Positions 1 through 8,084 of a DNA stretch of 64,000 nt are shown here, piece after piece; position 1 is the stretch's first letter; each line of letters begins with the position of its first letter. The position numbers and the translations under genes were made by a program. The stretch covers positions 30,314 to 94,313 of the forward strand of contig JBOEGF010000009.1 in NCBI GenBank assembly GCA_050633305.1. Reading direction: 5' to 3'. A model generated the notes under the pieces. That model was not told the DNA's origin. It was given only the letters and a program-made list of their open reading frames with translations, and did not search any database. Source of the DNA: Nannocystales bacterium (GTDB taxonomy: Bacteria; Myxococcota_A; Polyangia; Nannocystales; Nannocystaceae).

Positions 1-231
1 CTCGACCTGCTCCTGGCCGCCTAGGTCAGGGGAAAGCCTGGACCTGCAGGAGGCGAGCCTTGGCTCGTCGGTTGGCGTTGGTTGTTTGGGCCCCGGAGCG
101 GTCCGACCCTGGCCGTCAGGTGCAGGGGCCTGCGTCTGCGAGGGCCGGGGTCGGTGGACTGGTTGAGGAGCCTCCCGGCCTCTCATCCGCCGCGGATGCG
201 TTCCGAAACTGAGTGCCACACACCGACTTCG

Positions 232-283
232 AGACTGGTCTTCTTGAACCAGACTGGTCTTCTTGAACCAGACTGGTCTTCTT
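232..283. repeat. 19-bp tandem repeat (AGACTGGTCTTCTTGAACC, about 2.7 copies)
   Basis: Direct reading: units start at 232, 251 and 270; junctions form ACCAG-A-CTGGT palindromes. Confidence 0.9.
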
Positions 284-323
284 CGACGACGCCGGGCTAC
301 GATGTGGGTCGCCAGGATGGCCA

Positions 324-1064
324 ATGATCAAACTCGAGATTGACTTTTTCGAGCGGCAGACGCCGTGGACGATGGTCGTCGACGAAAGCCGCGCGAGGTT
401 CTTCCGGCATGGCGATACGACGACAGAGTTCTCTGTGCCAGCTGGGGAACTCCTGCAGCACGCTACGCCGCTCCCGGGCGACCAACTGCTCAAGGCCCAG
501 GTCGGTGGCAAGATGCGGGTGTTCAGGTTGGGCGAGGGCCCCTGGGAGAGTCTTCACGACTTCTTCCTCGGCTATGGCGATGCGTTGGTCTCGCAGCAGC
601 TCAAACTACGCGCCAAGATTGCCTCGCTGCTGGCTCCCTGGGCGATTGGGGAGGTCGTTTTCTCTTGGCAGTCGTTTGCCGTGCCCGTCGCGATCTTGCT
701 GGGCTTACAGTGGGTCGCTGCTCGCTTCATTCGTCGCGCCTCGGCCTTGGTGGCGGCCAGCACGTTTCTGCTTCTGGCGGCGTTCACCGACGGCCTGATC
801 AAGTTGAGCTGGGGCTCGGTTTGGATTCAGTGGCTCCTGCCGCTGGGGATGGTCGCTATCGCCCTTGGCCACTTGAAGACATATCGCTGGTTGACCCGCT
901 CCACCTCGCCAAGCGGATTGGAAATGGCGGGCGCGATCCTCGTAGGATTCCTCGCCTTGGTCGTGGTCGCAGCGTGGGGATACTTTGTTGGCGGTTGGGA
1001 CGTCTGGCTCTGGCTCCTCGCTCCGGAATGGGTGCCGGAGCCCGATCTCGACATCGGCCTCTGA
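324..1064 (+). CDS. Hypothetical membrane protein (soluble N-terminus, 4-5 C-terminal TM helices)
   Basis: 246-aa ORF, AGGA upstream of ATG, several hydrophobic segments. Confidence 0.7.
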   Translation: MIKLEIDFFERQTPWTMVVDESRARFFRHGDTTTEFSVPAGELLQHATPLPGDQLLKAQVGGKMRVFRLGEGPWESLHDFFLGYGDALVSQQLKLRAKIASLLAPWAIGEVVFSWQSFAVPVAILLGLQWVAARFIRRASALVAASTFLLLAAFTDGLIKLSWGSVWIQWLLPLGMVAIALGHLKTYRWLTRSTSPSGLEMAGAILVGFLALVVVAAWGYFVGGWDVWLWLLAPEWVPEPDLDIGL

Positions 1065-1175
1065 GGTGGAACTCGACGCCTCTCACCTGCACCTGGCTGG
1101 TCACTTCCTGGCCGTTCGATAGACGTGATGTGTCCTTCCGGAGTCACGTCGAGGAGAGCCCCAGTTCGGTGCTAG

Positions 1176-1451
1176 CGTGCGTGCGATGAATCGAGCGGAA
1201 ACTGCGCTCGGACGGTGGAGTGCGGATTCGAGGAGGCGTCCAACGAGGACGGCTGCTCGCAGGAATGCATCGACTCGCTCACCGCCAACCTTGAAGTCAA
1301 CCTGGCCTGCGCGGAAGCCGATATCGCGTTGTACAGCTGCCTCTCGACCACGTCGTGCGAAGCTCTGCCGCTTGGAACGAGGTGCGAGCCGGAGATCGAT
1401 GCCTCGATGAGCGCCTGCAACTCCGAAGAACCGGAAACCTCGTCAGGCTGA
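1176..1451 (+). pseudogene. Remnant of Cys-rich secreted protein
   Basis: Cys-rich frame (C..C..ECID..AC..LYSC...C) open back to an in-frame TAG at 1173, with no signal peptide. Confidence 0.35.
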
Positions 1452-1688
1452 AGCGACCCGTTCCGGGCCCACCGCCCCAGGACGAGCAGCTCTTCGAGAC
1501 GCCCTCCGATGGGACGACGGTGCACAGCAGCCGCGTCCAGCGTCTGCCCGCGACGCTGAGGAAGGGCCGGGGCCAGGTCGACCGTGAGTGCCTGACGGCA
1601 TGCGCCCGGCCAACCCGTCGTCGGTGATCAGAGCTGCGCGCGTGGTCACGCGCGGCGCCGTTGCAACGGGCGGGACGGGGATGGTGTT

Positions 1689-2855
1689 GTGTGCTGGTGT
1701 TTGGCAGGGTGGGGTGTGTTCGGACGCTCTCGTCTCGTTTCGCTCGTAGTCTTGCTGCTCGGTTGCGGACCCGCCGTCGTCGACGGGCAGGGCGAAACGT
1801 CGAGCGCGACTTCGGAGGCCGCGGTGACGGCATCCAGCACATCTGACTCCATCCCGCCGGGGGAGGCGGCGTCCGGTTCCTCCTCGCCCGTTCCGCCGCA
1901 GGTGACGACAACCGGGGGTTCCTCGGAGAGTTCCTCCAGCGAAGACTCGGGATCGAGCAGCACGGGCGGTCCCATCTTGGATGTCTGTCGCACGCTGCCC
2001 GAGACGGCGGAGGTCTCGGTCCTTGGCACCGTCGAGGGCTGGCTGTACGACCGCGACTTCGCGATGACCGGGTCGGGCACCTTCATCACCCAGGACGGCC
2101 GCTCACTGGTCGAGCTCGACGGGATGGGCCAAACCACTCCATGGCTCGCTCTTCCGGACCAACTGTACGACTTCACCTTTCTGCGTCCGGTGGGGGATGG
2201 GACGCTTCTGGGATCGTCGGGACAGTACGAGGACTTGTTGAGAGTGTCTCCATCGGGGATCGAGCCCGTCGACGTTGACTTCGAACCTTGGTGGGCGATC
2301 GGCGTCTCCGTGCGCGCAAACGGTGGCGCATGGATTACCGACTGGCCACGGGATCGGATCTTGAGCTACGCACCGAAGACTGGTGTCGAGGTCGTTCTAC
2401 AGCTCCCGAAGGGGTCGTCCCCTTTCGAGTTGTTCGAGGACATCGAGCGTCAACGCCTCTACTGGACCGCAGCCGCGGGACTGTGGAGCGCTCCGATGCA
2501 GGAGGGCGAACTTGGCAAACCCGTATTGGTCCACGACCCAAGCGACGCTTCGCTCCCCGGCCTCGCCCGGGACGTTTGTGGGAACTTCTACGTGCTTGGC
2601 CGCGCCGCGGAGTCGATGCTGGGGAACAGTCTCCGCCTGGTGCGGCTCGAAGTCGACGAGGCCGGAACCACCGTGGAGCGGGAAGTCGAGCTCGTCGAGT
2701 ACAAGGAGCTGGGGAACCAGCATTCGCGGCTCCGCTTCGGCTTTGGGTTTGGCTCGAGCCTCGACCAGTCCTTGTTTACCGAGGGCGATCAGTCTTCGAT
2801 TGTTGTGATCGATGTCGGGATTGAGGGCGCACCGGACTCCTCCGCGGGCGAGTGA
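1689..2855 (+). CDS. Lipoprotein with Ser/Thr-rich linker and probable beta-propeller (SMP-30/gluconolactonase-like)
   Basis: Lipobox LLGC, S/T/G low-complexity linker, repeated beta-strand blades (GLARDVCGNFYV). Confidence 0.7.
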   Translation: MCWCLAGWGVFGRSRLVSLVVLLLGCGPAVVDGQGETSSATSEAAVTASSTSDSIPPGEAASGSSSPVPPQVTTTGGSSESSSSEDSGSSSTGGPILDVCRTLPETAEVSVLGTVEGWLYDRDFAMTGSGTFITQDGRSLVELDGMGQTTPWLALPDQLYDFTFLRPVGDGTLLGSSGQYEDLLRVSPSGIEPVDVDFEPWWAIGVSVRANGGAWITDWPRDRILSYAPKTGVEVVLQLPKGSSPFELFEDIERQRLYWTAAAGLWSAPMQEGELGKPVLVHDPSDASLPGLARDVCGNFYVLGRAAESMLGNSLRLVRLEVDEAGTTVEREVELVEYKELGNQHSRLRFGFGFGSSLDQSLFTEGDQSSIVVIDVGIEGAPDSSAGE

Positions 2856-2994
2856 CCCGCAACTCGCGACCCGCGGCAAAGACGACGCGGCCGTACTCAC
2901 TGCAGAGGTTTGATCCTTGAGGCGGAGCTGTCGGCTGATGGCTCAGGAACAACCCCGCAAGGTGATAGTGTTCTGCGGACCGGCAGGACGCCCG

Positions 2995-4563
2995 ATGAGT
3001 TTCGAAACAATCCCAGTTCGTGGTTTCGCTTCGTTGTTTCTCCTTCCGTTGCTTGGCTGTGTTGCAGACGTCGCGGTCGACGAGGGGTCAACGACATCAG
3101 AGACGAGTTCGACTTCAGCGACCTCGGTCGGCGAGTCGGGCAGCGAGGTGCCATCGAGTTCCGCCGCTTCTTCCTCGGGGACCTCGGATGACCCTTCGAC
3201 GAGTGGCTCGGAGCCAACCTGCAGCGATGGCCTGCACAACGGTGGCGAGACGGATGTCGATTGTGGTCAGGAGTGCGGTGGGACTTGCGAGGTGGGGCAG
3301 GGATGCGTCGACGCGACGGACTGCGTCTCGGGCTCGTGCGACGCGACGACGCTGGTGTGTGTCGAGCCTTTCGCATGTCCGAACGACGACACCTGGGACA
3401 GCTTCCTTGGGCAGGAGCGCCACCGAGCCAATCCCGATGACGAAACCAACGTGCCCCCCGTCGTCGTGATGGCGGCAGATGGCCGCTACGCGGTCGCATG
3501 GACCGAAATCTCGAAGGAGTTTACCGTCCTCATGCAGCAGTACGATCCGTCGGGTCGACCGTCCGCGCCGGTTGTTCGGCTGAGCGACGTCTCGCACTCC
3601 CTCACCGACGCTCCGGCGCTCGCGACGAACGCCTCCGGGGAACTGGTGGTCGGCTACCTGATGGCAAGCGGCGACGCATTCGGCCCCTTCGTCCGGAAGT
3701 TTGCAGCGGACGGTCGTGAGGTTCTCGGGCCGACGCTCGCGAGCCCGCCCGAGCACTTCCTCGGAAGCTTGACGCCGGATGTGGCGATCGCGGACGACGG
3801 CACGTTCGTCGTTGCATGGACCCCGATGCAGTCCGCGCCACAGGCGGTCTGGATGCAGCTGTATGCGCCCGACGGCACTCCATCGGCGGAGCCGATCCAG
3901 GTAAGCCCGGCCGCTCAACTGGTCCTTGCCCGTCCTAACGTGGACATGGGTTCGGATGGAACCGTGCTCGCGGCGTGGGTGGTGGAGGACGAGGGGACCT
4001 GTTTCGCACGCCGCTTCGACGCCAGCGGACAGCCGTTGGAAGACGCCTGGAGAGTTACGCCCGAAGACGAAAGCACCACGGTGCCGTGTGGGGTCTCGGT
4101 CGGCCCGAATGGTCAGTTCGCCCTGACGTGGGTCCGCGTTGCACCTCCACGGGACGGGGTTGTGCGGGATGGGGTCTTGCGGTCCTACGCGTCGACCGGA
4201 GACATCTTGGGGACGGTCGACGTCGATCCCGGTCAGCCAGTCCACGACCCATACCCCCAGGAATGGCATCCGCCGCCGGTCTCCGTCGATATCAACGGCG
4301 ATGGAAACATCGTCGTGGGCTACACCGTCGACAAGGCGCATACCGGCTGGGTGAGGACCTTCGACGCGACGGGAGAGCCGCTCATCGATCCAGTTGTCGT
4401 CGCTGCCCAGCACGTTCTGTTGACGACGCCCGTGGTCGCCGCAGCCGCGTGCTCCGACTCGTTTGTTGTGGCATGGCTGCGTGGCAACGGAGGGCCTGTT
4501 TTCTCGCGACTCTTCGGTGCGGACGATGACGAGAATGACGTGGCCGACCTCTGCTGCGAGTGA
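2995..4563 (+). CDS. Lipoprotein with Cys-rich module (TCSDGLHNGGETDVDCG) and repeated beta-blade domain
   Basis: Lipobox LLGC, Ser/Thr linker, myxobacterial Cys-rich motif, repeats of P.V....DG.F.VAW; ATG at 2995 preferred over 2917. Confidence 0.75.
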   Translation: MSFETIPVRGFASLFLLPLLGCVADVAVDEGSTTSETSSTSATSVGESGSEVPSSSAASSSGTSDDPSTSGSEPTCSDGLHNGGETDVDCGQECGGTCEVGQGCVDATDCVSGSCDATTLVCVEPFACPNDDTWDSFLGQERHRANPDDETNVPPVVVMAADGRYAVAWTEISKEFTVLMQQYDPSGRPSAPVVRLSDVSHSLTDAPALATNASGELVVGYLMASGDAFGPFVRKFAADGREVLGPTLASPPEHFLGSLTPDVAIADDGTFVVAWTPMQSAPQAVWMQLYAPDGTPSAEPIQVSPAAQLVLARPNVDMGSDGTVLAAWVVEDEGTCFARRFDASGQPLEDAWRVTPEDESTTVPCGVSVGPNGQFALTWVRVAPPRDGVVRDGVLRSYASTGDILGTVDVDPGQPVHDPYPQEWHPPPVSVDINGDGNIVVGYTVDKAHTGWVRTFDATGEPLIDPVVVAAQHVLLTTPVVAAAACSDSFVVAWLRGNGGPVFSRLFGADDDENDVADLCCE

Positions 4564-4854
4564 ACGTTCGCGGGCACGCCTGGTTCCGTTTCGGGTTTGC
4601 GGGCCGGCGTCTCCGCTGCGGGTGCTTGACGACGGGACACTGCTCGTGGACTCGCGTCTACTCCATCACTCCATCACTCCTGCATCCAGCCCAGAGCGGC
4701 CACACACAGACTGGTCACCGACCCACTAGATGCAGCCGAGTGGACGAGCCGCCGAGCCTCACCGACGGCCTCGCCATCGCAGCTGGGCCCGTCCGTAAGC
4801 ACCAGGCCCAGCCGACCATCTGTCGGTCCGAAGACAACTCTGCCTCGGGCTTGC

Positions 4855-6042
4855 TCAATCCGGTGCCCAGCGCCAGACTTGCTCGGGGCTGTCCACGCCG
4901 ACCGCGAGGATCGAGCCGTCGCTGAGCATGGTGAGCCGGGCGTGGGTGGAGTCTCCAGGCATGGGGGCCTGGGCCCAGCCGATGTCTTCGTCGTAGATCG
5001 ACAGTTGCTTGCCGCGGAAGTCTCCCTCGGCACCTCCCCACAGGCCGACCCGACCCTCTCCGACGGTGAGTAGTTGGTACTCGAGCCCCATGTACTCCGT
5101 CACCACAGGTGGGGAGCACGGACCGTTCAGCGATTGCCCGTCCCCCTCCTTGTCATAGAGCGCGGCGCGGGGCGACACCTGGGCAATCTCGCTCTGGTCA
5201 GCGTTTCTGGCCAGGCCGAGGTCGATGGCAAAGCGTCGGTCGTCAGGCCACGGAGCCGAAGCAGTGGTGTAGGGCAAGCTTGGATACCCGGTGGGGATCG
5301 ACTCCCCGAGCGCGATCTCGTACCCGAAGACCACGCCGGGCCCGGAGACGAGAACCGCGAGGGGGCCGAAGGGGTCCATCCGGAAGTGGTTCCGTGAATG
5401 AGACGGACGCGGTGCCGCCGGCTGTGCGGTCCAGCTCTCGCCGTCGTCGACTGAGACGGAGAGCTCGCCCGAAGACGGGTGATAGACGACGAGGCTCCCG
5501 ATTGAGGTTTGGCCCAACACGATGCGCCCGGGCTCCAGTGTGAGGGTCCCGAGGTGCTCCCAAGGGTCACCGGTCGAGCGGAGGACCGAGCGGGGTTCGT
5601 CGTCGCCCAGAAGCAGCAGCCGGCCGTCGGTGAGTCTCGCGCTCGCGACCACGGCGGTGGACAGCGGCGCAGGTTGTCGTTCTTCCCAGGGCTGGCCGGG
5701 GCCGAGCCATCCGTAGATCGGGGCCTGCGGGGTGCCTGGGGTGCCCGCGCCGAGGACGAGAACTCCGAGGGAGTCCGAGTGGAGTCGGACGCCGATGACA
5801 TTGCCCGGGAGGCTGGCTTCGTGTTGCCAGGTGCCCCAGAGGGTCTGCGTACAGCCGTCGCCCGACGGGGGAGAGGGTGCTTCGCCGGACTCGGAGCTGT
5901 CGCCCGTGCCCTCGGGCAGGGGAGTCGCCGTCGTGCCGCCGGAGCTGCTCGCGTCTGTGTCGTCGGCTCCGCCTGCCGCCTCGGGTGGTCCGCATGCGAG
6001 CAGCAGGGTCAACACAGCACCAATCCTGGGTGCGGAGTTCAT
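4855..6042 (-). CDS. Lipoprotein with Ser/Thr linker and beta-propeller (kelch/BNR-like)
   Basis: MNSAPRIGAVLTLLLAC lipobox; SVDDGESW Asp-box-like motif; L.DG..L..G repeats. Confidence 0.7.
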   Translation of the reverse strand: MNSAPRIGAVLTLLLACGPPEAAGGADDTDASSSGGTTATPLPEGTGDSSESGEAPSPPSGDGCTQTLWGTWQHEASLPGNVIGVRLHSDSLGVLVLGAGTPGTPQAPIYGWLGPGQPWEERQPAPLSTAVVASARLTDGRLLLLGDDEPRSVLRSTGDPWEHLGTLTLEPGRIVLGQTSIGSLVVYHPSSGELSVSVDDGESWTAQPAAPRPSHSRNHFRMDPFGPLAVLVSGPGVVFGYEIALGESIPTGYPSLPYTTASAPWPDDRRFAIDLGLARNADQSEIAQVSPRAALYDKEGDGQSLNGPCSPPVVTEYMGLEYQLLTVGEGRVGLWGGAEGDFRGKQLSIYDEDIGWAQAPMPGDSTHARLTMLSDGSILAVGVDSPEQVWRWAPD

Positions 6043-6210
6043 AGGTTTTCCGACGAGCCTAACCGTAGCTGGTTGAGGTGGGTGGGGTGTTTGGATGGCT
6101 CTGTGGGGGCACGCGCGGGGCATTGACGCTACGTCGTGGTCGGTGAGCGATTTGGTGTGCAGGGAGCGCGTCTGCTGGAACACGATCCAAATCGATGCCG
6201 GCTGGTCCGA

Positions 6211-6277
6211 GGACACCTGTCCCTCGCCGTCGAGCTTACAAGCGGACGTGACGACAGTTGCTACGGTCGAGAGCTTC
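6211..6277 (+). promoter_or_regulatory. Conserved rpn leader: palindrome GGACA-CC-TGTCC plus extended -10-like TGCTACGGT
   Basis: Same elements at identical spacing (67 nt to GTG) upstream of the second rpn copy. Confidence 0.55.
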
Positions 6278-7297
6278 GTGTCCACGAGTGCACCGCACGA
6301 TGCGCTGTTCAAGAGCGTGTTCGAGCAGCCCGAGCACGCGGCTGCGGAGCTTCAGCACGTGCTCCCTACGGAGCTGGTCGCTGCGATCGACTGGCGGACC
6401 CTGGCGCTCGAGCCGGGCAGCTTCGTCGACGAGGACCTCGCGGAGCGGCACACGGACCTGCTCTTCTCGGCCCAGGCGGGTGAGCGCGTTCTCGTGTACC
6501 TGCTGTTCGAGCATCAGTCCACGATGGACGCGGCCATGCCGTTGCGGTTGCTTCGCTATATGGTGCGCATCTGGACTCGGCATCTTGAGACGCAGCCCGG
6601 GCAGCCCTTGCCACTCATCATTCCTGCACTGCTTGCCCAGGTGCCTGGTGGCTGGACCGTACCCCGACGGTTTTCGGCCATGTTCAGCGCGCCTGCTCAG
6701 GAATTGGGCAACGCGGTTCTCCCAGAGTTCGCATACGCGGTCGACGACCTCCACCGAATCAGCGACGACGGGCTCCGGTCGCGAGCGCTCCCCGTCGAGG
6801 CGACGCTTGCGCTGTGGGCGATGAGAGATGCGCGCGACCGCGCCGCGACTCGGCGCCACCTCGCCGGCTGGGCGGACGAGTTCGAGGCGCTGGCCCGAAC
6901 TCCGGGCGGCGAGGATGCTATCTCGCTCCTGTTGCGCTACATCGCCTCGACATCCGGCGACCTGCAACTCTCGGAGTTTCGTGACATCCTGGGTGGGCGG
7001 GCGCCGACCGCAGAGGCCATTTCCATGACCATCGCCGAGCTCCTCGAATCTCAGTACCTCGCGAAGAGAGACGCTGAAGCACGTTTGGCGGCAGAGGCCG
7101 AAGCACGTTTGGCGGCAGAGGCCGAAGCGCTCGCGACGATGAAAGAGATGCTCTTCGCGCTTCTGGGCGCGCGCGATGTGCTGGTTGATCACGCCGGACG
7201 GGCGCGCATCTTGGGGTGTACGTCCGCGGAGACGCTCAAGGATTGGCACGTCCGCGCGGCGAGGGCCGAGCGGCTCGAGGATGTGTTCGACGAGTAG
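6278..7297 (+). CDS. Rpn family recombination-promoting nuclease / YhgA-like putative transposase
   Basis: PHDALFK, LEPGSFVDEDL, TDLLFS..YLLFEHQS, MPLRLLRY and MTIAE motifs; GTG start matched to the paralog. Confidence 0.9.
   Translation: MSTSAPHDALFKSVFEQPEHAAAELQHVLPTELVAAIDWRTLALEPGSFVDEDLAERHTDLLFSAQAGERVLVYLLFEHQSTMDAAMPLRLLRYMVRIWTRHLETQPGQPLPLIIPALLAQVPGGWTVPRRFSAMFSAPAQELGNAVLPEFAYAVDDLHRISDDGLRSRALPVEATLALWAMRDARDRAATRRHLAGWADEFEALARTPGGEDAISLLLRYIASTSGDLQLSEFRDILGGRAPTAEAISMTIAELLESQYLAKRDAEARLAAEAEARLAAEAEALATMKEMLFALLGARDVLVDHAGRARILGCTSAETLKDWHVRAARAERLEDVFDE
7025..7297 (+). CDS. Putative intragenic small Rpn (RpnS-like antitoxin), in frame with the full-length protein
   Basis: GAGG-CCATTTCC-ATG followed by MTIAE, the conserved internal start of Rpn proteins. 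Confidence 0.6.
   Translation: MTIAELLESQYLAKRDAEARLAAEAEARLAAEAEALATMKEMLFALLGARDVLVDHAGRARILGCTSAETLKDWHVRAARAERLEDVFDE
7076..7128 (+). repeat. 24-bp in-frame tandem duplication (EARLAAEA x2) in the Rpn C-terminus
   Basis: GAAGCACGTTTGGCGGCAGAGGCC at 7076 and 7100. Confidence 0.9.
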
Positions 7298-7410
7298 CTG
7301 TACCGACGGTTCTCGGATGCGTGCCGCGAGGTGGATTCGCAGGCTTGGCTGCGGCCTTGGTCGCGCGACTCCGCGCGGGAGCGGTCGGAGCTGCTAGAAC
7401 TGCCGAACCC

Positions 7411-7974
7411 ATGCCGAAGTACTACGCGTTCAATGTGTCGCTGCAGGGGATCGAGCCTCGAATCTGGCGGCAGTTGCTGGTGCGGGCGACGTCGAGCTTC
7501 GCGGAGCTGCACGCGGCGATTCAGGACAGCTTTGGGTGGCACGACTGTCACCTGTGGATGTTCCGCACTTCGGGGTTCGATGGGCGTCCGATCGCGGGAG
7601 TTCCCGACGACTTTGGCTTTGCCGATCGACCGACTGCGGACGCGAGCGCGGTGCGGCTCAGCGAGTTCTTCATGAGCAAGGCCGGAGCGCAGCGGTGCAC
7701 GTACGTCTACGACTTCGGCGATGACTGGACGCACGAGGTGAAGCTGATTGGCGTGCGCAGGCGAGAAGAGGCATTCGGTCGCCGGCTCACCGGCGGGGCT
7801 CGCAGCGGGCCGGCTGAGGACTGCGGTGGGCTTCCCGGCTACGAGCGTGCGGTGGAGTTCCGCCGGGCGGGGAACGATCCGTGGGGGGAGGGTGCCGACC
7901 TCGCCGAGTTCTTGGGGGACTGGCAGCCGGATGGGTTCGACTTGGCGCAGGCCAAGGCGGCGTTCGATCGGTAG
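7411..7974 (+). CDS. Plasmid pRiA4b ORF-3 family protein
   Basis: IWRQLLV, LHAAIQ..FGW.D.HL..F, YVYDFGDDWTHEV and PAEDCGG..GY motifs. Confidence 0.85.
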   Translation: MPKYYAFNVSLQGIEPRIWRQLLVRATSSFAELHAAIQDSFGWHDCHLWMFRTSGFDGRPIAGVPDDFGFADRPTADASAVRLSEFFMSKAGAQRCTYVYDFGDDWTHEVKLIGVRRREEAFGRRLTGGARSGPAEDCGGLPGYERAVEFRRAGNDPWGEGADLAEFLGDWQPDGFDLAQAKAAFDR

Positions 7975-8017
7975 GCCGACTTCCCGCTGAAGTGCGGCGT
8001 CGTGGGGTGCGGCTCGC

Positions 8018-8084
8018 GGACACCTGTCCCTCGTGGCGGTGTTTCTGAGCGGGTGCGAGCAGGGGTGCTAGGGTCGATAGCTTC
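8018..8084 (+). promoter_or_regulatory. Second copy of the conserved rpn leader (GGACACCTGTCCCTCG ... TGCTAGGGT)
   Basis: Matches 6211-6277. Confidence 0.55.

Noticed and set aside
232..283. Possible mini-CRISPR
   Set aside because: Units are contiguous with no spacers and there are no cas genes
4564..4854. Possible ncRNA or gene between convergent lipoproteins
   Set aside because: Only an 8-bp duplication (CTCCATCA) and short frames; no supportable structure
6043..6312. Extended starts of the 485-aa (minus) and 400-aa (plus) ORFs
   Set aside because: They overlap each other; the lipobox and the paralog alignment place starts at 6042 and 6278
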